DNA of 51,206 nucleotides from a virus (taxonomy: Duplodnaviria > Caudoviricetes): positions 1-51,206 of the IMG/VR virus record IMGVR_UViG_3300008222_000010. One strand, written 5' to 3'. The translations under genes and the position numbers were made by a program. Of this stretch, positions 34,507 through 43,134 are shown one piece after another; positions within the stretch are counted from its first letter, which is position 1; the number at the start of each line of letters is the position of its first letter. The notes under the pieces are model-generated. The model saw only the letters and a program-made list of their open reading frames with translations. It was not told where the DNA came from and ran no database searches.

Positions 34507-36096
34507 ATGACAAAGTTAAGGCAAGACGATTTAATAGAGTGCGTAAGACTCAAAGAGCAAGAGGGTATGTCGTATCGTCCTATTGCCGAGGTTATGGGCG
34601 TGACGGTAACGTCGATTGGTGAGTTTTTTCGCCGTAAGACATTTAAAGATTTTTGGGAACAGCACGACAAGAAGCCGATTGCAAAGGGCACCATTCTAAC
34701 CAACAAAGATAAGCGCGAGCCATTAGCGGGTAAACGTTTCGTGTTTACGTCAGCTCAGAACAACACACACGTACACAAACCGTTTCTTGATGCGATACTA
34801 CAGTATTGTGAGTATAACGGCGCAGAATTGATTGTAAGCGGTTTTACCTACGACAAATCTGGGCGTCAAAGTAGCGAAAAGGGCGATGACGGATTGTGGT
34901 ATGACCCTGCAATTACTCCATACCTAATTAACGAAGAGCGCCAAATAGCTAAAGGCCTAGTCTGGTGCGGTGATGTTAATACCCTACCAACAAACAAAAG
35001 TCCAACCACGCCGTTTGTTAACCACACGAACCATGATAGCGCGATTATCCCACACGCTAAATTGCAGCTGCGCTCAGTCGCAACACCAAAGGCAATGGAC
35101 GCTCGATTACTGTATTCGACTGGCTGTATTACGCAACGTAACTACATACAGAAGACAGCCGGGCAAGTTGCTAGTCATCACCATTCATTTAGTGCGTTAG
35201 TTGTTGAGATTGATAGCGACGGCGATTGGTTTGTGCGGCAGTTATGCGCCGAGAAATTAACTGGCGCGTTTTATGACCTAGGTAAATACTACACTGGTAC
35301 TGGCGTAGCTAACAGCGAATCGGTAGAGGCTATTAATTTTGGCGATATCCACAGTGCTAAACCAGATGATACTGTGGCGCTAGCCAGTTGGTGCGGTAAA
35401 GATTCGATGCTTGATGTGTTACGCCCTAGGTTTGTGTTCCTTCATGATACGCTAGACCAGCAAGCGCGTAATCACCATAACGTGCGCGACCCTCATTTCA
35501 TGTTTGCTATGCATCACCATAAAACCGAATGTGTACGCGGAGAGATTGAGTTAACTGTTGATACCATGCGTGAATTTGAGCGTGATTTTTGTACCACCGT
35601 AGTAGTTGAATCTAATCATGATAAATCAATCGAGAAATGGTTGAAAGAACAGGACTATCGGCACGACCCGGTAAACGCAATATTCTTTCTGGAGTTGCAG
35701 TTAGCTAAGTACAATTCAATCGTAAGCGGCGGTAATTTTAGCGCGTTCGAACATGCATGTAGCATGGTGGGTTTTGGTGGCGACGATGCAATATTCCTAC
35801 GCGAAGATGAATCGTTTATGATTGCTAACGGAATTGAATGCGGCGCACACAGTCACCTAGGTTCGAACGGTGGTCGCGGTAGCGTTCAAGCATACGTTGT
35901 GACGGGCGTTAGACACAATATAGGCCATAGCCATAGCGCAACGATTAAAGACGGCGTATGGCAAGCTGGCGTATCAGGTTCGCTCGATATGGGGTACAAC
36001 TCCGGCAATAGCAGTTGGTCGCACAGCCATATCATCACATACAAAAACGGAAAACGTCAAATGATTACAATTAAAAATGGGAAGTGGCGAGCGTGA
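34507..36096 (+). CDS. T5 A1-like protein: HTH + calcineurin-like metallophosphoesterase/nuclease
   Basis: FTSAQNNT.VH, GDIH, FLHD, NHH, ESNHD, HLG.NG.RG, IGHSHS, DMGYN..SSWSHSH motifs. Confidence 0.75.
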   Translation: MTKLRQDDLIECVRLKEQEGMSYRPIAEVMGVTVTSIGEFFRRKTFKDFWEQHDKKPIAKGTILTNKDKREPLAGKRFVFTSAQNNTHVHKPFLDAILQYCEYNGAELIVSGFTYDKSGRQSSEKGDDGLWYDPAITPYLINEERQIAKGLVWCGDVNTLPTNKSPTTPFVNHTNHDSAIIPHAKLQLRSVATPKAMDARLLYSTGCITQRNYIQKTAGQVASHHHSFSALVVEIDSDGDWFVRQLCAEKLTGAFYDLGKYYTGTGVANSESVEAINFGDIHSAKPDDTVALASWCGKDSMLDVLRPRFVFLHDTLDQQARNHHNVRDPHFMFAMHHHKTECVRGEIELTVDTMREFERDFCTTVVVESNHDKSIEKWLKEQDYRHDPVNAIFFLELQLAKYNSIVSGGNFSAFEHACSMVGFGGDDAIFLREDESFMIANGIECGAHSHLGSNGGRGSVQAYVVTGVRHNIGHSHSATIKDGVWQAGVSGSLDMGYNSGNSSWSHSHIITYKNGKRQMITIKNGKWRA

Positions 36097-36359
36097 TTGC
36101 CATTCTATTTGTAGCAAGTTTCGCTCAAGTGTTTTTGCTTGGGCTTAACTCGCAATTCGTGCGCGACCAGCGGGTAATGATGGTGTTCATTGTTAGTTGG
36201 TTTATATCAATCTCACAGTACACATACACCAAAATAGTAGCTAGCGAAAATAGCGATTGGTTATTTATCGCTAGCGCTATGGGTGGCTCACTCGGTATCG
36301 TTAGCAGTATTTATTTTTATAGATGGTTACTGCCTAAAATTAAAAAGGACAACAAATGA
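36084..36359 (+). CDS. small 3-TM membrane protein
   Basis: QVFLLG.NS..VRD and GG.LGI motifs. Confidence 0.6.
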   Translation: MASVIAILFVASFAQVFLLGLNSQFVRDQRVMMVFIVSWFISISQYTYTKIVASENSDWLFIASAMGGSLGIVSSIYFYRWLLPKIKKDNK

Positions 36360-36937
36360 AAAAAGTAATAATATTTAACGCACCACCACGCAGCGGTAAA
36401 GACATGGTGTGCGATTGGCTGAATGATAAATACGGATACACTAAGTTATCGTTCAAATCTAAGTTAATCGAGATGGCAGCTAGGTTTTTCGATATGTCAG
36501 TTGATGAATTTATGCAGCATTATGACGAACAAGAGGTCGATGGTTCATGGTTTAAAGATGTAGAGCTTTATACGCTGGCTGTTGGTAATGAATACTACTC
36601 ACAACGCACAGCGCTACAACATGTTAGCGAGAATGTAGCTAAACCGATGTTTGGCGATGGCGTATTCGGTCATGCGCTAGCTGAGCAGATGAAAGGCGAT
36701 GGTGTGTACGTTGTTAGTGACGGCGGTTTTGATGCTGAATTGCAGCCAATCATTGACGCTGTGGATTATGATAATATCCTAATCATTGAGATAGAGCGCA
36801 AGGGTTGCACGTTCGATGGTGACACTAGGGATTACTTCACCGTTAGCGATTGCTGGCATACAAGAATGGTAAATAACGGAACTGAGGAAGAGTTTTTTAA
36901 TAAGGTCGATAATTTAATTACGGAATTCTTAATTTAA
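36356..36937 (+). CDS. P-loop kinase (deoxynucleoside monophosphate kinase-like)
   Basis: IFNAPPRSGKD, SDGGFDAE, F.GDTR motifs. Confidence 0.75.
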   Translation: MKKVIIFNAPPRSGKDMVCDWLNDKYGYTKLSFKSKLIEMAARFFDMSVDEFMQHYDEQEVDGSWFKDVELYTLAVGNEYYSQRTALQHVSENVAKPMFGDGVFGHALAEQMKGDGVYVVSDGGFDAELQPIIDAVDYDNILIIEIERKGCTFDGDTRDYFTVSDCWHTRMVNNGTEEEFFNKVDNLITEFLI

Positions 36938-36940
36938 TTG

Positions 36941-36969
36941 TTGACACGTTATCAGTTGTTCGATATTGT
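36941..36969 (+). promoter_or_regulatory. sigma70-type promoter
   Basis: TTGACA-17-TATTGT. Confidence 0.75.
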
Positions 36970-37007
36970 GGAGCAACTGAAACGAATAACTAAACAAAAG
37001 GAATAAC

Positions 37008-37175
37008 ATGAAACATTTTATCGGAGCATTATTTTTAGCGGTAGCAGGATTGATTGGTATGCACATGATGAGTATTAACGCATCAAGCTCAATCCATCAG
37101 GCATATCAAGGCATCTTACTGATTGCATGTATTTGTAGCGCTGGTTTTGGCTGCTTAATCATGAAGGGAAAATAA
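37008..37175 (+). CDS. small 2-TM membrane protein (55 aa, not in the ORF track)
   Basis: AAGGA RBS; MKHFIGALFLAVAGLIG...LLIACICSAGFGCLIMKGK. Confidence 0.65.
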   Translation: MKHFIGALFLAVAGLIGMHMMSINASSSIHQAYQGILLIACICSAGFGCLIMKGK

Positions 37176-37234
37176 CATGTACGAAGATAATACAGACTAT
37201 TTTGGCGAAGACTACCAAGTTGAGGTTAAATAAT

Positions 37235-37453
37235 ATGCAAACATTAGACTTTAGACATACGGGCGAAAAGGCAGAAGCTAACGCGGTTCAGTGCCGAATC
37301 AATGACTTAAACGAAGCGGGCGAGCTTACGCGTTATGACCCTAACACCAAGTCAACACCAGAAAAGCGCAAAATTAAAGCACGAATGGATGCGTTACGTG
37401 AAAAGCAAGACTTTGACGATATGGTCTACAGTGACCCCGACTTGCAAATTTAG
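37235..37453 (+). CDS. hypothetical protein
   Basis: MQTLDFRH... after GAGGT RBS. Confidence 0.55.
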   Translation: MQTLDFRHTGEKAEANAVQCRINDLNEAGELTRYDPNTKSTPEKRKIKARMDALREKQDFDDMVYSDPDLQI

Positions 37454-37489
37454 CCAAAAAGTGGTAGATTAAACTAACTAATCATTAGA

Positions 37490-37744
37490 ATGACTACCAT
37501 GAGATTTTATACTTACGAAATGTGTATGCAGATTGAAAAAATCGCATTGCAAAGATTGAACGAAGAAGACTACGAGCAGGCCACTTACGAGTATAGGCGC
37601 GCACGGGCTAGATATGTAACGCTGATTGAGCGAAACATTAATGTCGATGCGCCGCTTGCTCGATGCGACTTACAAATAGAATATATGTCGGACTTCCTTG
37701 ATGAGGATGATGACTTTAACACTGAGGGTGATGACTTTGAATAG
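37490..37744 (+). CDS. hypothetical protein with acidic tail
   Basis: 84 aa; weak RBS; TTGCAA-17-TAGATT (TG-extended) upstream. Confidence 0.5.
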   Translation: MTTMRFYTYEMCMQIEKIALQRLNEEDYEQATYEYRRARARYVTLIERNINVDAPLARCDLQIEYMSDFLDEDDDFNTEGDDFE

Positions 37745-38120
37745 GTTAATTATTGAGCGATTTAGTACGCACCCTGAAACGATAGGGCAGGCGACTTATG
37801 GTGACTTTCAATGTTTTACTATCGAGCGTCCGTGGTTGCAAAATAAATCATTTGTTAGTTGTATACCGCCGAATATTTACAAGTGCAAAAAGATTACAAG
37901 TCCCTCTAATGGGGAGTGCTTCGAAATTCTTGATGTTCCTAATCGTACTGACATTCAAGGTCACATTGCTAATTATGTTCGCAATGTCGTTGGCTGCGTC
38001 GGGTTTGGTGATTCTATTCGCCGCTCTGATAAGGATGGCAGGTGGGTATCAAACAGTAGCAAGACATTTAAAAAACTAATGTCGTTGCTACCGGATGAAT
38101 TTGAGTTGGTTATTGGTTAA
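37731..38120 (+). CDS. DUF5675-family protein, candidate endolysin (L,D-transpeptidase-like H..GC motif)
   Basis: TIG...CFTIERPW..N....SCIP...Y...DVPNR..I..H.AN.....GC..G; start at 37731 (ATG) or 37737 (TTG). Confidence 0.7.
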   Translation: MTLNRLIIERFSTHPETIGQATYGDFQCFTIERPWLQNKSFVSCIPPNIYKCKKITSPSNGECFEILDVPNRTDIQGHIANYVRNVVGCVGFGDSIRRSDKDGRWVSNSSKTFKKLMSLLPDEFELVIG

Positions 38121-39727
38121 ACCTCTCTTAATCTAGTTGCGCCATTACTATTAATGAATGTTGCGCCAGTATCAGCCAGCAGCGGGTTATCAATCCCGCT
38201 TTTAGTTTTAAGGCTTCCATTGTTTACCAGTGTCGTGTTTGCGTTTAGCGCTATAATCATTAACCTCTGACCCGCTATAGCACCAGTGACCCCAGTTATG
38301 CTTGTTGCTGCTGAGAAGTTCGTATATACAAGCTCATATCCTGACACGTTGAATTTCCCAGTGGTAACATCTGCATCGGTAACAGTTAGGGAGTCAAACT
38401 TTCTAACTATTCCGCTTGTGCGATAGTGGTCTGCTGCAACTCTGAACCTGTTGTTGTTGTGAAACTCAAGTTGCCACTCTTCCGCATCGGTGCGGACACC
38501 AACCTTTACTAGTCCGAAGCTGGTCTGTTGTCCTGCCGACTCGAACGTTTGCCTAGCATTAGCCCAATGCAACGTGTCTTTCGCAAACTGCACCGGCTTG
38601 CCCTTGTGATTAAATCTAGGCATCGAACCAATGTCACCAAACGTCACTACGCTATCTATGTCTGATACGTGCGCCTGATAGTTCCGTATGAACTCGAAAT
38701 CAAGATTGCCGTCAGATACAGTGCCGGTGGTGTGAGTTGGTGGTGTAGTGCCGCAAGACCCACTACTTTGAACTCGGTACAACCTTAGTTCGTATAGAAC
38801 ATAATCAAGCGCATCGAGCGGCTTTGTTGGATACCAAAAATTCTTCATTGGTGTACGCCATTCGGTGTCGCTAGTGTCCATATAATGCATCTTCATAGGT
38901 ACATTATTGCCATCATTAAATCCGAAGTGCATGCCAGTAAAAACGCCCCAAGTGTTTCCATCACCTCTGTTTTTAGTACCTATTACAGCTACGCCATTCT
39001 CACCATTTAACCCTGCATGATTACCTGTTTTGGTAAATATATTGAATATCCTATAGCTAACGTCTGCATCAGCGTAAGGTATCCCATCGTAACCGTCATA
39101 CGGGTCTAGCATCCAGTCCAGTTTAGAGACAGTACCATTTTCAACGTTGCCGTAAGGCTCCATATGCTGACGAAAAACCTTAGCTTGTGGTGTCGCTTGC
39201 AGTAGCCCGTGGTCGTTTGGTGCATTGTTAGGAACCTTCATTACTGTAGCTTGCGTGTATGTGTGTATATCCCTAATGCTAGCCAGTACCACGCCAGCGG
39301 TTGACGTTGCTAGATAGATATCCCCGTCAGCAACCCCTGACTCGTACTTGTATCTGCCCATCCCCTTATCACTAATGTCAACGTAATCACCAGTCGCAGC
39401 GTCAGTATCTGCGACAGCCTCGGCTAGCGTTTTAACTTGTACGCCCTTTGGTGAGTCTGCGAATGTCTGCTCATCGATACACGCAGTAATAGGAATCTCT
39501 AATCCTGCATATGAAACGTAATAGTTACCCGGCTCGCACCAAAACTTAAACGTGCCGTTAACATCTGAGGTTGCGCCAACTTGAGTGATGATTGCTCCCG
39601 CCTCTGTGTATATCTGCACTAGCGTGCCGTCTGAGTATTTGAGCACAGACAGTGGTGCATTTGGAACGATACTTACAACAGTATCATTCTCTATTTGTGT
39701 TACAATTGAATATCCCGATCTAGCCAT
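38117..39727 (-). CDS. tail fibre / receptor-binding protein
   Basis: 536 aa, last tail gene; SD.NG.F.FW..PG.Y N-terminal anchor and G..GTTPPTHTTGTVSDG motif. Confidence 0.75.
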   Translation of the reverse strand: MARSGYSIVTQIENDTVVSIVPNAPLSVLKYSDGTLVQIYTEAGAIITQVGATSDVNGTFKFWCEPGNYYVSYAGLEIPITACIDEQTFADSPKGVQVKTLAEAVADTDAATGDYVDISDKGMGRYKYESGVADGDIYLATSTAGVVLASIRDIHTYTQATVMKVPNNAPNDHGLLQATPQAKVFRQHMEPYGNVENGTVSKLDWMLDPYDGYDGIPYADADVSYRIFNIFTKTGNHAGLNGENGVAVIGTKNRGDGNTWGVFTGMHFGFNDGNNVPMKMHYMDTSDTEWRTPMKNFWYPTKPLDALDYVLYELRLYRVQSSGSCGTTPPTHTTGTVSDGNLDFEFIRNYQAHVSDIDSVVTFGDIGSMPRFNHKGKPVQFAKDTLHWANARQTFESAGQQTSFGLVKVGVRTDAEEWQLEFHNNNRFRVAADHYRTSGIVRKFDSLTVTDADVTTGKFNVSGYELVYTNFSAATSITGVTGAIAGQRLMIIALNANTTLVNNGSLKTKSGIDNPLLADTGATFINSNGATRLREV

Positions 39728-42282
39728 TATGATTGACGTCCTTTTATATTTAAACTGTTATTGCCGGACGTTATTGTCACGGCGTTACCGTTGCTTATTA
39801 TAGCAAACCCAGCGAGACCAGCATTTGAGCTAATCGAGCTGCTATTTGTGTCTCGCTGCGAGTCCTCACCGAATAGGCCGCCAGATACGCCTGCCAGTGT
39901 TCCGGGTGCTGTTTGAGTGCCCGTAACACCATCTAGTGCTGTTCGTGTGTAAAACCCAGTTACGTTACCCGTAAGTGCTCCGTTGCCACCTATGAAGCCT
40001 TGACCGCCACTGCCACCGTTACCAGCGACAGGAGAAAACACGCCAGCCTTTATTTCTATTACGTAAGATGTGCCGCCATTAACGCCACCACCACCAGCCC
40101 AAACTTCACCACCACCAGCGTTTATCGTGGTCGGTACTGTTATGTTGATTGCGGTGCCGCCAGTGCCGCCATTCTGTCCTATCGATTCCTCTACGAAGCC
40201 CTCGGTCGTTGGTAAGTTGCCACCGTTGCCACCATGACCGCCAGCGCCTAGGATTGAACCACGGACGATTATTTCAAATGACACGCCCGCCGCCTGTGCG
40301 CCCTCGTCAAACGCTGGGATAGATACGTCAGTTGGCCCAATGACCACGCCAGCTTCGATTAGTATTACGTAGTGACCAGCCACTGGCGCGAACTCAGTTG
40401 ACAGGTCATAATTAATCTTGTTTTCGCTAATGGTAAAATCTACGGCGCTAGCCGTTTCAGGGTCTTGAAATAACCGCGTATTAACCCTGTAGTGAGGCGT
40501 GCCTTTTAACTGCTGGATACTCAACACTTGATGTAGCTTCGATTTAAACGAGCCGTCAGCATGCTGTGATTGCGATGTAGCCAAGCTGACTAGCGAGCCT
40601 AGTTCCATCGTGCCATTTGGCGTATTACCTACATCTTCGGCGTCAATGACAAACTCACCCAGCTCTGGCACGTCTTGGTTTCGGTCAATTAGTCGCTGAC
40701 CTATCGACGTGCCTTTTGCCGTATCCCCAACCGCATTAGTTAGCCATGAGCACGGAAACAAATCTTTCTCGTTGACTTCGCCCAAGTTTCGCGGTATTTC
40801 ATTCCCAATGTTAATAGGCAAGTAACGAATGGAAAAATCTTCCTCGTCAGTCGCTTTTGTTGCGTCATATGGTGCCCACGCAATCGGATATCGGGTATAT
40901 TGATTCTTGGTGTCGCGAGTAATTTTAGCCGTGTTACTCATGATGTTAACGCCCTCTTCGAACGTTAGTGGCTGCAAATCTTGGTCTGTAACTGGCTTTA
41001 TTTTAATTAGCTTTTCTGTGTCACTAAAAAACAACGTCAAATCAGCCACTACAATCAACTCGTTAACCAGCTTGCTAATGGCTGTTGGTTTACTTAGCAT
41101 TCTCGTAACTGTCTTTGATGATGTTGCCGATATAACTGCCGTGTAATCATCTAAAAACCTAGACTCGATTGATGTGCCATCCGTGAATAGCTCATTAATG
41201 ACAGTGACGGGATTTTCATCGACCCACCAGCGACACTCTTGTACCGTCGAGTTGACGCTATGATTCTGTTGCTCCGAGCCGTGCGACGCCCTGTTGATAA
41301 TGGTTAGCTCAAAATCGGACGCGTGCGTACACTCTATAATCTCGCTATCGATTCTGACATACGTTGTAACACCCACAGCGCCATATTTGAGCGCTATATC
41401 GTTAGCATATGTAATCGCAAGGGATACATCATCAATAGCTGCCACAAGCGTTGCGTCGGACGCTAACGGCAGCTTAGACTTTGATTCCTCTGCTAACATC
41501 AGCGGGTCAACACCGAATAGTGTTACATTGCCATTTTGACGCTGGACATCATCAATAACATACTCAGTTGATATAAAGTTGTCGATGTCAAAATTAAGTG
41601 GATCGAATCCCTTGTAATGCTCGATTTTTCGCCCCGTCATATTTGGGTGGCGAGCCAGAATCTTACCCCACAGCGTGCCATTGCTAGACCTGCGCTCGGG
41701 ATAAGGCAGGTAGTTATCGTTATCGATACCATCAGCTAGCGTTACTGACAATGTGGCACGACTGCCCATTGATACCGCTGGCGCAACTCTGCCCGATGTG
41801 GCGCTGGCACTGCGGAATCCGCTGTACGTTATTTGACCATGTGACAATCTAGAGCTGGGAAATCTAAATACTTTTGTTGATGCTGCGAGGTACGCATCAC
41901 TTGATGAGCAATTGTGAGGGAATCCATAGCATGACGAGTCAGCTTCACCTTTATGTGCTAAGCGCATAGCCGTTGCTGCGTGCGCCACTGCAACCGTACC
42001 AAGCTCGCCCCGTGAGGTAATATTAACGGTGGTATCGTTAACAATGGTAACTTTCATTAGCTCACTATCAATCTTTGCGTACCCGTCCGTGAGGCTCCAT
42101 AGCGTAGCGTTGCCACCTGACACGGTTACGTTGCCCGTGTAAGTATCATTGATTGCGGATGCAAGCGTTAAAGATCCGGCAGCTATGTATTCGTCGCTAA
42201 CGTATTTGCACCAGTCAAATGTAATATCAACGAATTCGCATAGCGTTTGCTCGGCTTGAGCCTTTTTAATGTCATATGTCAT
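39727..42282 (-). CDS. tail tip / central tail protein
   Basis: 851 aa; two IDSE(L/I)...RG..G...H repeats; Gly-rich C-terminus. Confidence 0.8.
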   Translation of the reverse strand: MTYDIKKAQAEQTLCEFVDITFDWCKYVSDEYIAAGSLTLASAINDTYTGNVTVSGGNATLWSLTDGYAKIDSELMKVTIVNDTTVNITSRGELGTVAVAHAATAMRLAHKGEADSSCYGFPHNCSSSDAYLAASTKVFRFPSSRLSHGQITYSGFRSASATSGRVAPAVSMGSRATLSVTLADGIDNDNYLPYPERRSSNGTLWGKILARHPNMTGRKIEHYKGFDPLNFDIDNFISTEYVIDDVQRQNGNVTLFGVDPLMLAEESKSKLPLASDATLVAAIDDVSLAITYANDIALKYGAVGVTTYVRIDSEIIECTHASDFELTIINRASHGSEQQNHSVNSTVQECRWWVDENPVTVINELFTDGTSIESRFLDDYTAVISATSSKTVTRMLSKPTAISKLVNELIVVADLTLFFSDTEKLIKIKPVTDQDLQPLTFEEGVNIMSNTAKITRDTKNQYTRYPIAWAPYDATKATDEEDFSIRYLPINIGNEIPRNLGEVNEKDLFPCSWLTNAVGDTAKGTSIGQRLIDRNQDVPELGEFVIDAEDVGNTPNGTMELGSLVSLATSQSQHADGSFKSKLHQVLSIQQLKGTPHYRVNTRLFQDPETASAVDFTISENKINYDLSTEFAPVAGHYVILIEAGVVIGPTDVSIPAFDEGAQAAGVSFEIIVRGSILGAGGHGGNGGNLPTTEGFVEESIGQNGGTGGTAINITVPTTINAGGGEVWAGGGGVNGGTSYVIEIKAGVFSPVAGNGGSGGQGFIGGNGALTGNVTGFYTRTALDGVTGTQTAPGTLAGVSGGLFGEDSQRDTNSSSISSNAGLAGFAIISNGNAVTITSGNNSLNIKGRQS

Positions 42283-43089
42283 TTATGCGTAACCGTTTAT
42301 GTCTAGTGCGATATCGGAGTGGTATGGTGTGCGGTATTTTGGTTTGGTCATTGTTGATACATTTTGACGCCCGTACATAACTTGGTCGCTGTTTTTAGAC
42401 CACTTTAAAAATAGAGTTTTGCTGTCTAGTGCGTGGTTTTGGAAATCTTCATACCAAGTATCTAGGTCGCTAAATTCAAGTAATTTAAACTCGGCTTTCT
42501 CGTTAAAGCCTTTATTTAGTCTTCGCCCGATATTGAATAAATTGCCATCAGCCTGAAATCCCACAACCGTATCCATGGGTGAAAACCTACCCGGCTGAAA
42601 ACCTATTGACGGGCACTTTAACTTTGTTGCCGCTCCAATCTGAATTGCGCCTATGTACATTTTTTGAGCACATGTAAACGTAAGGCGTTGCTGGTTTGAT
42701 ATGATTGAATCAAACGTAGCCATAAATGGACGGTCATCTTTGACGGGAGTAAACTCCGCAACTGTAACCCAAGTGGTGCCATCGTGAACTTCTAGCATTC
42801 CCGACATATCAGCGGTGAACGAATTATGTACAGCAAACGCAAAATAATCGATAGGCGTGGCACTTGACTGGCTGAAATTAATTGTCGTTGTGCCGTTCGT
42901 AGCGGATGGACTGTAAACAGTAGTGTCGCGATAATCTAGCGTGTTGGCGAATGGGTAGGCAGAATCTTCACCATGACCAGTTGCTGTTGATGTTGGCAGT
43001 ACTGATTTAAAACCAAGTGAGGCGCAATCGGTAGCTGTTGATGCGGTAACTGCCGCTGTGCCGCTTGCTATTAATACATTTGTGGTCAT
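42283..43089 (-). CDS. distal tail / baseplate-hub region protein
   Basis: 268 aa between tape measure and tip; DYFAFAVHN motif. Confidence 0.7.
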   Translation of the reverse strand: MTTNVLIASGTAAVTASTATDCASLGFKSVLPTSTATGHGEDSAYPFANTLDYRDTTVYSPSATNGTTTINFSQSSATPIDYFAFAVHNSFTADMSGMLEVHDGTTWVTVAEFTPVKDDRPFMATFDSIISNQQRLTFTCAQKMYIGAIQIGAATKLKCPSIGFQPGRFSPMDTVVGFQADGNLFNIGRRLNKGFNEKAEFKLLEFSDLDTWYEDFQNHALDSKTLFLKWSKNSDQVMYGRQNVSTMTKPKYRTPYHSDIALDINGYA

Positions 43090-43090
43090 T

Positions 43091-43127
43091 TATAACACCC
43101 TATGATAATCTATAGGGTATTATATCA
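43091..43127 (-). promoter_or_regulatory. late extended -10 promoter inside an RBS-sequestering hairpin
   Basis: minus strand TGA-TATAATACCCTAT-agattatc-ATAGGGTGTTATA-a-ATG; 13-bp stem with one U-G pair. Confidence 0.8.
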
Positions 43128-43134
43128 TGCCGAT

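Noticed and set aside
39800-40260. GCC/ACC-rich repetitive tract
   Set aside because: Explained by the Gly-rich C-terminus of the tail tip protein; no reverse transcriptase or template/variable repeat pair suggesting a DGR.
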